From contig JBMNIH010000010.1 in assembly GCA_050950825.1 (NCBI GenBank), positions 64,001 to 128,000 on the forward strand: a DNA stretch of 64,000 bases, in the 5' to 3' direction. This DNA is from Clostridia bacterium. GTDB lineage: Bacteria; Bacillota; Clostridia; JAAYHZ01. A program made the position numbers and the translations under genes. The notes under the pieces are model-generated. The model had not been told where the DNA came from and ran no database searches. It was given only the letters and a program-made list of their open reading frames with translations. This document shows positions 19,609-30,658 of the stretch, in pieces; within the stretch, counting starts at the first letter, position 1; every line of letters starts with the position of its first letter.

Positions 19609-22600
19609 ATGGGTAAAAAGATGCAGACAATGGATGGAAATACCGCTGCGGCTCACGTTGCGTATGCGTTTACGGAAGTTGCCGGTATATATCCGATTAC
19701 ACCTTCGTCCCCCATGGCTGAAAACATTGACGAGTGGTCAGCCAACGGTCGAAAAAACATATTCGGACAACCTGTCAAGGTCATCGAAATGCAGTCAGAA
19801 GCCGGTGCAGCCGGAGTCGTTCACGGTTCCTTACAAGCCGGTGCATTGACAACAACCTTCACAGCTTCCCAAGGGCTATTGTTAATGATTCCTAACATGT
19901 ATAAAATCGCCGGTGAATTATTGCCGGGCGTTTTCCATGTCAGTGCTCGTGCCGTAGCAACCCACGCGCTTTCCATTTTCGGAGATCATTCCGACGTAAT
20001 GGCTTGCCGTCAAACGGGATTTGCGCTCTTGGCATCGGGCGGAGTACAGGAAATTATGGACTTGGCCGGTGTTGCACACTTAAGTGCCATCAAAGGTCGC
20101 GTACCTTTCCTACATTTCTTCGACGGATTCCGCTCTTCTCACGAAGTTCAAAAAATCGAAGTACTGGATTACAACGATTTGAAAGAACTTACGGATATGG
20201 AAGCAATTAAGGAATTCCGCAAACGTGCTTTAAATCCCAACAAACCCGTTTTGAGAGGAACGGCTCAAAACCCGGACATTTTCTTCCAAGCAAGAGAATC
20301 CTCCAATACATATTACGCAAACATCCCTGCTGTCGTCGAAGAGTATATGGAAAAAATCAGCCTGCTCACCGGAAGAAAATACGGTTTGTTTAACTACTAC
20401 GGTGCACCCGATGCGGAAAGAGTCATCGTCGCAATGGGATCCGTCACCGAAACCATTCACGAAACCGTAGACTATTTACTTGCCAGAGGAGAAAAAGTGG
20501 GTGTATTGAAGGTTCACTTGTACAGACCCTTCTCCATCGAACATTTCTTGAAAGAAATGCCGAAAACCGTGAAGAAGATCGCCGTTTTAGACAGAACAAA
20601 GGAACCGGGCTCCATCGGAGAACCGCTGTACTTAGACGTTTGCACGGTATATAAGGACAAAGAAGATGTTCCTGTGATCGTCGGCGGAAGATACGGTTTA
20701 GGCTCGAAAGATACCACACCGGGACAAATCATCGCCGTATACGACAATTTGAAGAAAGACGAACCGAAGAACGGATTCACCATCGGCATCGTTGACGACG
20801 TAACCTATACATCGTTGCCGGTTTTCGAAGACGTGGACACAACTCCGGAAGGAACCATCAGCTGCAAGTTCTGGGGATTGGGCAGCGACGGTACCGTAGG
20901 AGCCAATAAAAATGCCATCAAAATTATCGGTGACAACACCGACATGTACGCGCAAGCTTACTTCTCCTACGACTCGAAGAAATCCGGCGGTATTACCGTA
21001 TCCCACTTAAGATTCGGAACGAAGCCCATCAAGTCCACCTATTTAATCAAGAAAGCGGACTTTTTGGCATGCCACAACCCGTCCTACGTATTTAAATACG
21101 ATATGCTCTCCGACCTTAAGAAGAACGGCACCTTCCTTCTGAACTGCGGATGGAACATGGAAGAATTGGAAGCCAACCTGCCGGCAAAAATGAAGCGTTA
21201 TTTGGCACAAAACAATATCAAGTTCTATATCATTGACGGCGTAAAGATTGCAAGAGAAATCGGATTGGGTAACAGAATCAACATGATTATGATGGCCGCC
21301 TTCTTCAAACTGGCTAACATCATCCCCATTGAAGATGCCGTCAAGCATATGGAAGATGCCATCGTTCATTCCTACAGCAAATTCGGCGATAAGGTCGTTA
21401 CCATGAACAAATTATCCGTTCAAAAGGGCATCGAATTGCTGCAGCGTGTTGAAGTTCCGGCTTCTTGGGCCGATGCTCAAGACGAAGAACCGAAAGACGA
21501 AGTCAAGAGAGATAAGTTCTTAACCGAATTCGTCGACGTAATCAATGCCCAAGAGGGTGACTCGCTGCCGGTAAGCGCATTTGTAGGCATCGAAGACGGA
21601 ACATTCCCGCAGGGATTGTCCAAGTTTGAAAAAAGAGGAATTGCTCCGGTGGTTCCGGAATGGATACCCGAAAACTGTATCCAATGCAACCAGTGCTCTT
21701 ACGTATGTCCTCATGCCGTTATTCGCCCGTTCCTTTTGAATAATGAAGAAGAAGCTAACAAGCCTGAAAGCTTTGAAACCCTCAAAGCCGTCGGAAAGGG
21801 CTTTGAAAACTATACCTTTAGAATTCAAGTTTCTTTGATGGACTGTGTCGGCTGCGGCAGCTGCGCAGACGTATGTCCCGCTAAGACGAAGGCGTTGGTT
21901 ATGAAAGAATTCGATACGCAGCATGTTCAAGCGAAGAATTGGGAATACGCAATGTCCTTGAGCAAGAAGCCCAATCCCATGAACAAGGCTACCGTCAAGG
22001 GTTCTCAGTTCGAAATGCCTTACTTGGAATTCTCCGGCGCATGCCCGGGCTGCGGCGAAACACCGTATTTGAAGCTGATTACCCAATTCTTTGGAAACAG
22101 AATGATGATCGCCAATGCGACAGGATGCTCCTCCATCTGGGGCGGAAGTGCTCCTTCCACACCGTTTGCCGTTGACAAGGACGGCAGAGGACCGGCTTGG
22201 GCAAACTCTCTGTTCGAAGATAACGCCGAATTCGGTTTGGGTATGTACTTCGGCGTAAAACAAATTCAAAACAAGATCCAAGAACTGTGCGAAGCGTTAA
22301 TGACGAAGAATGTGGACGATGCCGTTAAGGCCGCTTGCCAAAAATGGATCGACTCCCGTACCGACGGCGAAGCCTCTGAAATCGCTTCCGCCGAATTGGT
22401 AGCCGCACTGGAATCCATCGATACCGATGATGCCGAAACCAAAGCGTTGAAAGCCGAATTGTTGGAAAAGAAAGACTATATGGTCAAACGTTCCTTCTGG
22501 ATCGTCGGCGGCGACGGTTGGGCATACGACATCGGCTTCGGCGGATTGGACCATGTTCTTGCATCCGGAGAAGACGTAAACGTTCTTGTCTTTGACACCG

Positions 22601-23139
22601 AAGTTTACTCCAACACCGGCGGACAAGCCTCCAAGGCCACACCGACAGGAAGCGTTGCTCAATTTGCGGCGGCAGGAAAACCCGTGGGCAAGAAAGACTT
22701 AGGCCGAATCGCCATGTCCTACGGCTATGTATACGTTGCGCAAGTAGCGATGGGCGCAAACCAGAACCAATTGATCAAAGCCATTACGGAAGCGGAAAAA
22801 TACAACGGACCGTCTTTGATTATTGCTTACGCTCCTTGTATCAACCACGGTATTAAAGCCGGTATGGGTTGCTCGCAGGCCCAAGAAAAGAAAGCCGTAG
22901 AATCCGGTTACTGGTATCTGTACCGTTACAATCCGGAATTGCTCAAGGAAAACAAGAATCCGTTCGTTCTGGATTCCAAAGAACCGCGCTTGAGCTACCA
23001 AGACTTCTTGATGAGCGAGTCCCGTTATGCTCGTTTGGTGAAGGAATTCCCCGAAAGAGCAAAAGAGCTGTTCAAGAAATCCGAAGAGGATGCGAAGTTC
23101 CGTTACGAAGCTTACAAGAAGATGGCCGAACAGAATTAA
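19609..23139 (+). CDS. nifJ: Pyruvate:ferredoxin (flavodoxin) oxidoreductase
   Basis: YPITPS, EMQSEAGAAG, two 4Fe-4S motifs (CIQCNQC, CVGCGSC), GACPGCGE and GGDGWAYDIG. Confidence 0.97.
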   Translation: MGKKMQTMDGNTAAAHVAYAFTEVAGIYPITPSSPMAENIDEWSANGRKNIFGQPVKVIEMQSEAGAAGVVHGSLQAGALTTTFTASQGLLLMIPNMYKIAGELLPGVFHVSARAVATHALSIFGDHSDVMACRQTGFALLASGGVQEIMDLAGVAHLSAIKGRVPFLHFFDGFRSSHEVQKIEVLDYNDLKELTDMEAIKEFRKRALNPNKPVLRGTAQNPDIFFQARESSNTYYANIPAVVEEYMEKISLLTGRKYGLFNYYGAPDAERVIVAMGSVTETIHETVDYLLARGEKVGVLKVHLYRPFSIEHFLKEMPKTVKKIAVLDRTKEPGSIGEPLYLDVCTVYKDKEDVPVIVGGRYGLGSKDTTPGQIIAVYDNLKKDEPKNGFTIGIVDDVTYTSLPVFEDVDTTPEGTISCKFWGLGSDGTVGANKNAIKIIGDNTDMYAQAYFSYDSKKSGGITVSHLRFGTKPIKSTYLIKKADFLACHNPSYVFKYDMLSDLKKNGTFLLNCGWNMEELEANLPAKMKRYLAQNNIKFYIIDGVKIAREIGLGNRINMIMMAAFFKLANIIPIEDAVKHMEDAIVHSYSKFGDKVVTMNKLSVQKGIELLQRVEVPASWADAQDEEPKDEVKRDKFLTEFVDVINAQEGDSLPVSAFVGIEDGTFPQGLSKFEKRGIAPVVPEWIPENCIQCNQCSYVCPHAVIRPFLLNNEEEANKPESFETLKAVGKGFENYTFRIQVSLMDCVGCGSCADVCPAKTKALVMKEFDTQHVQAKNWEYAMSLSKKPNPMNKATVKGSQFEMPYLEFSGACPGCGETPYLKLITQFFGNRMMIANATGCSSIWGGSAPSTPFAVDKDGRGPAWANSLFEDNAEFGLGMYFGVKQIQNKIQELCEALMTKNVDDAVKAACQKWIDSRTDGEASEIASAELVAALESIDTDDAETKALKAELLEKKDYMVKRSFWIVGGDGWAYDIGFGGLDHVLASGEDVNVLVFDTEVYSNTGGQASKATPTGSVAQFAAAGKPVGKKDLGRIAMSYGYVYVAQVAMGANQNQLIKAITEAEKYNGPSLIIAYAPCINHGIKAGMGCSQAQEKKAVESGYWYLYRYNPELLKENKNPFVLDSKEPRLSYQDFLMSESRYARLVKEFPERAKELFKKSEEDAKFRYEAYKKMAEQN

Positions 23140-23167
23140 CAAAAAGATCGGTTAGCAATTATAATAG

Positions 23168-23201
23168 GCTCCCTTTGCAAGGCAAAGGGAGCTTTGTTTT
23201 T
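23168..23201 (+). terminator. Intrinsic terminator
   Basis: GCTCCCTTTGC-aag-GCAAAGGGAGC followed by TTTGTTTTT. Confidence 0.85.
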
Positions 23202-23271
23202 AATCATAATAATATTTCCATAGGTATGTCCTTCTTTAGGTTTCATTTTGCAGTCTGTTTTTCACAATTGA

Positions 23272-23300
23272 ACATAATCCCTTATCCTTCTTCATATATT
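23272..23300 (+). promoter_or_regulatory. Mother-cell (SigE/SigK-like) promoter
   Basis: ACATAAT-14 nt-CATATATT upstream of the CotS-like gene. Confidence 0.5.
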
Positions 23301-23337
23301 GAATTAGCTGTACTACATAGGCGGAGGGATATAACAT

Positions 23338-24318
23338 ATGGAAATAGAGAAAATGATTGAAGAAAATTACGATATCAAAGTATCTTCCTATATACCATAT
23401 CGGGACGGATTCATTATTAATGCACAGGACAAGCAAAAATATTTTTTAAAATCCGTTCCTTTTTCCGAAGAACGCCTGCTTTTTATTGACGGCTTGAAAA
23501 AATACTTAAACCGAAACGGTTTTCATAATACAGACGGATACATAACCACAAAACAGGGGTCTATCGGCGTTCCTGACGACCCCACTCGTTACGTGCTTTC
23601 CGAATTTATACCCGGAAGAGAATGCGACTTTTTTGACAGCCAAGACATAACGGCCGCCGCGTATTTATTGGCCGAATTCCATAATGCATCGGAAGGATAT
23701 GTACAACCCGGCAATGCCTATATGCAAAACTATTTGGGCTTGACTCCCAAGTGGTATGCAAAGAAAATCAAAGAATTCAAGCGGATTAAAAATCGAGCAT
23801 CCGATCGAAAGACCATGTTTGACTCGCTTCTCATGGAGAATGCAGATTATTTTTTGGATCGAAGCGAAACGGCTTTGGCAAAGCTGAAGCAATCCCGGTA
23901 CGGGGAATTGGTCAAAAAAGCACAAGAGCGTCACCCTGTCTGCCATAACGATTTTTCGTACTACAGCATTTTATGCTCCGATAAAGGCATGTATCTGATC
24001 AACTTCGATTCCTGCCGTTACGAATTATGCATCTTTGATTTGGCGGACTTTTTGGTAAGAAGAATGCGAAAATGCAATTGGGACATAAGCGAAGCCAAAA
24101 GGATATTGAAGATATACGACAGCGTGCGTCCCCTATCCGATGACGAGCTTCAACTGCTGAAGATCATTATTACGTTTCCGGAAAAGCTATGCAAAACCGT
24201 GAACCGATACTACAATAGCAAAAGAACCAAGGCGAAAAGCGGATATTTTTTAAAATTGCAAGAAATCGTCGATGAAATCCCATTTTACGAAAAGTTTATG
24301 GAGCGTTTTTCATTTTGA
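23338..24318 (+). CDS. CotS-family spore coat kinase-like protein
   Basis: FIPGRECDF, LAEFHNAS, VCHND, INFD and NRYYNSKR motifs. Confidence 0.85.
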   Translation: MEIEKMIEENYDIKVSSYIPYRDGFIINAQDKQKYFLKSVPFSEERLLFIDGLKKYLNRNGFHNTDGYITTKQGSIGVPDDPTRYVLSEFIPGRECDFFDSQDITAAAYLLAEFHNASEGYVQPGNAYMQNYLGLTPKWYAKKIKEFKRIKNRASDRKTMFDSLLMENADYFLDRSETALAKLKQSRYGELVKKAQERHPVCHNDFSYYSILCSDKGMYLINFDSCRYELCIFDLADFLVRRMRKCNWDISEAKRILKIYDSVRPLSDDELQLLKIIITFPEKLCKTVNRYYNSKRTKAKSGYFLKLQEIVDEIPFYEKFMERFSF

Positions 24319-25617
24319 CACGGCAATGTCGTTGTATTTCTTTTTGTTTAAGTATAAATAAAGGATCAACAAGCTGTTAGCGATAAAGCTGACGATAAAG
24401 ACCAATCGGATTTGGCTGTCGGGAAAAATATCTCCCGAGAATACGGGCATATTCACTCGAAGAAGATTTCCCACAAGGGGTCCGAGAATGCATCCCAATC
24501 CTACAAACATATTGTAAAAGCCTTCGTATACGGACTTTTGCATGGAAGGCATACTGTTGAATCTTAAGTTTAATGTGGACAGCACCAGCCCGCTGTTGGC
24601 GATTCCGGAAAAAGCATGGGATACAAACAGCATCCATATGGCGTTCTTCGTAACGAAGGACCAGCTGATGTACTCCAGGCTGAAGCAGACCAAACATCCG
24701 ATAAAGACCGCATACCATCCTTTTTTTATGCCCATCCTTCCCCAAAGAGGCGAAACCAGTCCTTGGACAATCATTCGAAAGGAGAATAAAACGGAATAGA
24801 GCATATAGGAGATCTCGATGTACTTAAGCATAAAGATGTTGCGGAAGGAATAGCACAACCACGCAATGAAGAAAAAGACCGCAATATAGAACGTCAGGTT
24901 ACGAAAGGTTTTGGATCGAAGAGGAATGGTTATCAAATCGGAAAACTTGGTCTTTTCCTCCGCCAATTTGTATTCCACGTCGGTTATTTTTCGCAATTGA
25001 TAATACTGCACCAAAGCAAAGACAAAGCAAAGGCTATAGATGATTAAGAAGCCGGCATAGCCTCGATTGAAAAAGTCCAGGACCAAGCCCAAGGTGAATA
25101 CTACGATACAAGTAATGATTTTATCCAATATTTCTCTTTTGGCAAAATATTCTCCTCGGTGCTCCAAAGGAACGATTTCCATCACCCATACGTTGGTTCC
25201 GGCCGTCACCATTCCGTACAAGATAATGCCGATAACCGTAACAAACAACAGAATAAAACCTGCCACGGCACCTTTTGCAAATAGCGGGATCAGTACCAAA
25301 CCGCATAATAAAATATACCCGATGATCTGCATAAGGCAGATAACGCTTCGTCTTCGGGACAACCGTTCGAAAATCAAGGGGGACAAAAACATCGGCAAAA
25401 AGCTGTACACGTTCATGGATGAGATGATACTGGACAAGGTGTCACCCGCTCCGACGAAAATGGCAAAACCGGATAAATAAACGGAAACCGCCACCGTGCT
25501 GGCGGTAAGTCCGCCGGTATTGGCAATGTAGAATCGGGTCATATCTTCTTTCGTCTTATCGCCAATACCGATATAGTTTCTATAAAACACGAAAAAGTCC
25601 CTTAATTTTTTAAACAT
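24310..25617 (-). CDS. MFS transporter
   Basis: About 12 hydrophobic segments; EIVPLEHRGEYFAKR loop motif. Confidence 0.8.
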   Translation of the reverse strand: MFKKLRDFFVFYRNYIGIGDKTKEDMTRFYIANTGGLTASTVAVSVYLSGFAIFVGAGDTLSSIISSMNVYSFLPMFLSPLIFERLSRRRSVICLMQIIGYILLCGLVLIPLFAKGAVAGFILLFVTVIGIILYGMVTAGTNVWVMEIVPLEHRGEYFAKREILDKIITCIVVFTLGLVLDFFNRGYAGFLIIYSLCFVFALVQYYQLRKITDVEYKLAEEKTKFSDLITIPLRSKTFRNLTFYIAVFFFIAWLCYSFRNIFMLKYIEISYMLYSVLFSFRMIVQGLVSPLWGRMGIKKGWYAVFIGCLVCFSLEYISWSFVTKNAIWMLFVSHAFSGIANSGLVLSTLNLRFNSMPSMQKSVYEGFYNMFVGLGCILGPLVGNLLRVNMPVFSGDIFPDSQIRLVFIVSFIANSLLILYLYLNKKKYNDIAVSK

Positions 25618-25672
25618 TGTTCCCCTTTTTCTTTGTCAAACAAATAAACAACAGATGAATTTATAAATTTCG

Positions 25673-27343
25673 TTAAAACAGCCCGGTAAAAGATCCGTCA
25701 TTGAGGATATCCATATTCTCTGCCGCCGGTTTTTTCGGCAATCCCGGCATAATCATAATGTTTCCCGTAATAACGACGATAAACCCCGCTCCGGCGGAAA
25801 GCTTCACTTCCCTTACGGTTATATCAAAGCCTTCGGGTCGGCCGATTAATTCCGGATCATCGGACAAGGAATATTGGGTTTTCGCCATGCAAACGGGAAG
25901 AGAACCCATATTCATTTTTTCAATTTGTTCGATTTCCTTTTCCGCCGACTTGGTATAGCTGACACCGGCGCCACCGTAGATCTCGGTTACAATTTTATGA
26001 ATCTTCTCTTTGATCGGAAGATTGACGTCATACAAAGGCTTAAAGCTCGTAGGTTCTTTATCCAACAAGTCAAGGAGCACCCGAACCAATTCCGTACCGC
26101 CATTTCCGCCTTGGGTATAAACGTCGGATACGGCCGCTTCCACGCCGTTTTGCCTGCATAAATCGCGCACGGTATCCAACTCTTCCGGAGTGTCGGTTTC
26201 AAACCGATTGATGGCCACCATAACCGGAACACCGAATTTTTTGATGTTTTCAATATGCTTTTGCAGGTTGCAAAAGCCTTTTTTCACGCTTTCTACGTCT
26301 TCTTTGGAAAGGTTCTCCTTCGCTACTCCGCCGTTGTATTTCAATGCCCGAACCGTTGCTACGATAACCGCCGCATCCGGTTTCAGATTTGCATACCTGC
26401 ATTTGATGTCCATAAACTTTTCCGCTCCGAGATCCGCACCGAAACCGGCTTCCGTAACTACATAATCCGCCAATTTCAATCCCAAACGGGTAGCCACCAC
26501 GCTGTTGCAGCCGTGGGCGATATTGGCAAAAGGACCTCCGTGTATAAAGGCGGGCGTGTGCTCCAAGGTTTGCACCAAATTCGGTTTGACGGCATCCTTC
26601 AGAAGGAGAGCTACGGCTCCTTGTATTTTCAAATCACCTACCGTAATCGGTTCCCCTGTCACGGAATAGGCGACAACGATTCTCTTGACTCTTTCCTTCA
26701 AGTCCTCAATATCTTCGCTTAAGCATAATATGGCCATAATTTCAGAGGCGACGGTCATAATAAAGCCGTCTTCTCGGGGAACACCGTTGATTTTTCCTCC
26801 CAACCCTATCACAATCTGCCGTAAGGCTCTGTCGTTCATATCCATGGATCTTTTCCAAAGGATTTGGGCGGGATGAATATTCAGACTGTTTCCTTGATGA
26901 ATGTGATTGTCGATACAGGCACTGATCAAATTGTTGGCGGCGGTAACGGCATGAATGTCCCCGGTAAAATGAAGATTGATGTCCTCCATCGGTACAACCT
27001 GGGAATATCCTCCCCCTGCGGCACCGCCCTTCATTCCCATAACCGGTCCTAAGGAGGGCTCCCGAAGACATACGATCGCCTTTTTCCCGGCCTTGCACAA
27101 GGCTTGGCCCAACCCGATGGTAACGGTGGTTTTCCCTTCTCCGGCAGGAGTGGGGTTGATGGCGGTAACCAAGATCAGCTTGCCGTTCTTTCTTTCCTTT
27201 AAGGATTTGAGTGATTCCAATGAAATTTTCGCTTTGTATTTTCCGTATAATTCCACGTGTTCTTCCGGAATACCGAGATCGGCTGCTATGTCCAAGATGG
27301 GTTTCATTTCACAATTTGCGGCTATATCAATATCACGTAACAT
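25673..27343 (-). CDS. fhs: Formate--tetrahydrofolate ligase
   Basis: [32 protein letters not shown] and [10 protein letters not shown] motifs. Confidence 0.97.
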   Translation of the reverse strand: MLRDIDIAANCEMKPILDIAADLGIPEEHVELYGKYKAKISLESLKSLKERKNGKLILVTAINPTPAGEGKTTVTIGLGQALCKAGKKAIVCLREPSLGPVMGMKGGAAGGGYSQVVPMEDINLHFTGDIHAVTAANNLISACIDNHIHQGNSLNIHPAQILWKRSMDMNDRALRQIVIGLGGKINGVPREDGFIMTVASEIMAILCLSEDIEDLKERVKRIVVAYSVTGEPITVGDLKIQGAVALLLKDAVKPNLVQTLEHTPAFIHGGPFANIAHGCNSVVATRLGLKLADYVVTEAGFGADLGAEKFMDIKCRYANLKPDAAVIVATVRALKYNGGVAKENLSKEDVESVKKGFCNLQKHIENIKKFGVPVMVAINRFETDTPEELDTVRDLCRQNGVEAAVSDVYTQGGNGGTELVRVLLDLLDKEPTSFKPLYDVNLPIKEKIHKIVTEIYGGAGVSYTKSAEKEIEQIEKMNMGSLPVCMAKTQYSLSDDPELIGRPEGFDITVREVKLSAGAGFIVVITGNIMIMPGLPKKPAAENMDILNDGSFTGLF

Positions 27344-27390
27344 ACTCTTCCCCTTTGCTTGATTGTTCCGTTTGTAAAACAGTTGAGTAG

Positions 27391-27419
27391 ATTATATCTA
27401 TAACCGTACTATTATTCAA
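27391..27419 (-). promoter_or_regulatory. SigA-like promoter for fhs
   Basis: TTGAAT-17 nt-TATAAT. Confidence 0.65.
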
Positions 27420-27425
27420 TAGGAT

Positions 27426-27469
27426 AAAAAGTCCGGCAAACAAAATCAAAGATTTTATCGGCCGGACTT
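27426..27469 (-). terminator. Terminator after the gcv operon
   Basis: Imperfect long hairpin AAGTCCGGC...GCCGGACTT ending in a T-tract on the minus strand. Confidence 0.6.
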
Positions 27470-27489
27470 GGCTTTGTTAATCTCAAGAT

Positions 27490-28929
27490 TTACGGTTCGT
27501 ACTTGATGATCGGATTTCTTGCTGCTGTGACTTCGTCCAACCGCTTCACCGATTTCGTGTGAGGCGCGGTTTTCAGTTGATCCGGATCATGCAAGCCTTC
27601 TTCTAATATTTGCTTCATCGTTTGGCAGAAACGGTCCAACGTTTCTTTGCTTTCGGTTTCCGTAGGCTCGATCATCAAGGCCTCAGGCACAATGGCGGGG
27701 AAATACATGGTAGGAGGATGAATGCCGAAGTCAATCAACCGCTTTGCGGCGTCTCTTGCGGTTACCCCTTTATCGAGCAGCGTGTCGAAGGAAACGATAA
27801 ATTCGTGCATTATCCCTTTGTTATACGGAATCTTTAAAAATTCTCCCAGCTTCTTCGCGGCGTAATTGGCGTTTAAAACCGCATTCTTCGCCACCTGAAC
27901 CAAGCCTTCCTGACCCATCGTGAGAATGTAGCAGTAGGCTTTTACCTGCACACCGAAATTTCCGTAGAAAGAATGAATTTTTCCGATGGATGAAGGCAAA
28001 TCGTATTCCAAGTAATAGCGTTCCTTGTCCTTCCTTACCACGGGAACGGGCAAGTAGTCGGCAAGATGCTTTTTAACGCCGATAGGCCCTGCTCCGGGGC
28101 CGCCTCCTCCGTGGGGCGTGGAGAAGGTTTTGTGGAGGTTAAAGTGTACCAAATCAAATCCCATATCCCCCGCTCGGGCGATACCCACAATGGCGTTGGC
28201 GTTGGCACCGTCGTAGTACAAAAGGCCGTTTACGCCGTGAATCAAATCGGCAATCTCTTCGATATTTTCCTCAAATACCCCTACGGTATTCGGATTGGTC
28301 AGCATTAAGCCGGCCACCTTGTCGTTAATCATGGCTTTTAATTGCTCCATATCCGTCAGGCCTTTTTCATTGCTGGGAACGGTTTGTACTTCAAAACCGG
28401 CCAAAGCCGCCGAAGCCGGATTGGTTCCGTGGGAGGAATCCGGTACCAATATAATGTTTTTATGCCCTAGACCGTGATCATCCAAATATTTTCTCATGAT
28501 CATCAGGCCGGTGATTTCTCCTTGGGCTCCCGCCGCCGGCTGCAGAGAAAAAGCATCCATGCCGGCAATCTCGCATAAAAGCGCCTCCAACCGATACATC
28601 AGCTCCAAGCACCCTTGCACCGTTTCCTCCGGCTGCAACGGGTGGACCGAAGAAAAGCCCGGCAATGCCGCCATTTCCTCGTTGATCTTCGGATTGTATT
28701 TCATAGTGCAAGATCCTAATGGATAAAAGTTTGCGTCCACACCGAAATTTTTCATGGAAAGATTCGTGTAATGGCGAATAATGTCCGGTTCGCTTACTTC
28801 CGGAAGCTCCGCCGGTTTTTTGCGAAGATATTTTTCAGGAAGATGCTCCATATAGTCCGGCGTGTCACACTCCGGCAAAGAAACGGCTTTTCTTCCCGGC
28901 ATTCCAAGTTCAAAAATCGTCTTCGTCAT
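27490..28929 (-). CDS. gcvPB: Glycine dehydrogenase subunit 2
   Basis: PLGSCTMKYN, HGTNPAS and PLP-lysine motif NLHKTFSTPHGGGGPG. Confidence 0.95.
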   Translation of the reverse strand: MTKTIFELGMPGRKAVSLPECDTPDYMEHLPEKYLRKKPAELPEVSEPDIIRHYTNLSMKNFGVDANFYPLGSCTMKYNPKINEEMAALPGFSSVHPLQPEETVQGCLELMYRLEALLCEIAGMDAFSLQPAAGAQGEITGLMIMRKYLDDHGLGHKNIILVPDSSHGTNPASAALAGFEVQTVPSNEKGLTDMEQLKAMINDKVAGLMLTNPNTVGVFEENIEEIADLIHGVNGLLYYDGANANAIVGIARAGDMGFDLVHFNLHKTFSTPHGGGGPGAGPIGVKKHLADYLPVPVVRKDKERYYLEYDLPSSIGKIHSFYGNFGVQVKAYCYILTMGQEGLVQVAKNAVLNANYAAKKLGEFLKIPYNKGIMHEFIVSFDTLLDKGVTARDAAKRLIDFGIHPPTMYFPAIVPEALMIEPTETESKETLDRFCQTMKQILEEGLHDPDQLKTAPHTKSVKRLDEVTAARNPIIKYEP

Positions 28930-30269
28930 ACAAAATCACCTGCCATTTCCAATACCCGATCCATTTCTTCTTTGGTCCTTTTCTCGGTTACGGCAATCAA
29001 CAAGTCGTTTTCCATATCGGGAAATTCGTCTTTGAGACTGTGCCCGAAAAGAATATTCCTTTCCAGAAATGCTTTTTGAAGCTTTCCGGGATCCGTTCCG
29101 GCATCCAACACAAACTCGTTAAAGAAAGGCGTTTGGAACCGCTCTTTGAAAAGGCCGGTTTTTATTAATCCCTCATACAAGTATCGGGCTTTATTGAAGC
29201 TTAAGCGCGCAACCTCCCGAATCCCCTCCTTCCCTAAAGCGGCCAAATACACCGCTGCCGCCAAGGCGTTCAGGGCTTGGTTGGAGCAGATGTTGGAGGT
29301 TGCCTTTTCTCTTCGTATATGCTGTTCTCGGGCTTGCATGGTTAAAACATATCCGGTTTTTCCTTCCGCATCCTTGGTTTGACCCACAATCCTTCCCGGC
29401 ATCCTTCGGATGAAGGCTTTGGATACGGCCATAAATCCAAGGTAAGGACCGCCGAAGGACAAGGCATTTCCTAATTCTTGGCCTTCACCCGTGACGATAT
29501 CGGCTTCGTATTCACCGGGAGGCTGCAGTATGCCTAACGAAATCGGGTTCACCGAAACAATCAAATGCAGGTTGTTTTTCTTGGCGAATTCCGATACATA
29601 AGTCATGTCCTCCAAGCATCCGAAATAGTTGGGGTTTTGGATAATCAAGCATCCGCTTTCGGCCAGATCCTCTTTCGACACGGATTCCAAGTCGGTTATG
29701 CCGTTTACTTGAGGAACTACCGAAAGTTTAATGTGTTTATACCTTACATACGTGTCAAGAACCTTTTTGTACCGGGGATTCAAGCATCCGCTGACAAGTA
29801 TGCATCCTTTCTTCTTAACAAGGTTTGACAGTGTAACCGCTTCCGCTAAAGCCGAACCTCCGTCGTACAAAGATGCGTTGGATCCCTCCATGCCGGTTAA
29901 GCTGCATATCATGGACTGGTATTCGAATATGGCCTGAAGCCATCCTTGGCTGGCTTCCCCTTGGTAAGGCGTATAGGCGGTATAGAATTCTTGTCTTCGA
30001 AGAATCGCCTTTACAACGGCAGGGATATAGCGGTCATACGCCCCGGCTCCTATAAAGCAAATAAAATCTTCCGTATTTTTGTTTTTGCCGGCTAAAGAAC
30101 GAAGCGTTCTTTCCAAATCCGGATCCGATAAACCCTTCGGAAGGTTCATTCGGTTTTTGCTCTTAATGGAATCGGGAATACAATCAAACAACCGGTCTAC
30201 ACTATCGATCCCCAAAGCGGAAAGCATTTCTTTTGCTTGAGTCGGTGTATTCGGAATATATTTATTCAT
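28926..30269 (-). CDS. gcvPA: Glycine dehydrogenase subunit 1
   Basis: YTAYTPYQ, GGPYLG and REQHIRREKATSNICSNQ motifs. Confidence 0.95.
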   Translation of the reverse strand: MNKYIPNTPTQAKEMLSALGIDSVDRLFDCIPDSIKSKNRMNLPKGLSDPDLERTLRSLAGKNKNTEDFICFIGAGAYDRYIPAVVKAILRRQEFYTAYTPYQGEASQGWLQAIFEYQSMICSLTGMEGSNASLYDGGSALAEAVTLSNLVKKKGCILVSGCLNPRYKKVLDTYVRYKHIKLSVVPQVNGITDLESVSKEDLAESGCLIIQNPNYFGCLEDMTYVSEFAKKNNLHLIVSVNPISLGILQPPGEYEADIVTGEGQELGNALSFGGPYLGFMAVSKAFIRRMPGRIVGQTKDAEGKTGYVLTMQAREQHIRREKATSNICSNQALNALAAAVYLAALGKEGIREVARLSFNKARYLYEGLIKTGLFKERFQTPFFNEFVLDAGTDPGKLQKAFLERNILFGHSLKDEFPDMENDLLIAVTEKRTKEEMDRVLEMAGDFV

Positions 30270-30646
30270 TCTCCCAGCTCCTTAAGGTATTCGGCGTACT
30301 CGTCGGCGCTCAGCAAGCCGCTAAGATCGGCATCCTCCGCATCGATTATGAAAATGTAGTTTGTGTAGCAATCTTCATTGATGAGCTCCGGACGGTCTTC
30401 CAATTCACGATTGACCGCCTTTATGACGCCTTTTACCGGCATGTAAATATCCGATGCCGTTTTTACCGACTCCACCACCGATGCGGCATCTTGTGCATTA
30501 AATTCGCTGCCTACCTCCGGCAGTTCCACGTACACAATATCACCTAACTGCTCTTGGGCATAATGGGTTATGCCCACAACCAAACCTTCGTCGGTGACTT
30601 TTACCCATTCGTGTTCCTTGGTGTAGTATAAATTTTTCGGTATCAT
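30266..30646 (-). CDS. gcvH: Glycine cleavage system H protein
   Basis: HEWV, GITHYAQEQLGD and lipoyl-Lys motif VESVK. Confidence 0.95.
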   Translation of the reverse strand: MIPKNLYYTKEHEWVKVTDEGLVVGITHYAQEQLGDIVYVELPEVGSEFNAQDAASVVESVKTASDIYMPVKGVIKAVNRELEDRPELINEDCYTNYIFIIDAEDADLSGLLSADEYAEYLKELGE

Positions 30647-30658
30647 AATCCCGTCTCC

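Noticed and set aside
21520-22281. 253-aa minus-strand ORF, and the 274-aa ORF at 61502-62326
   Set aside because: Antisense shadows of nifJ and nadB.
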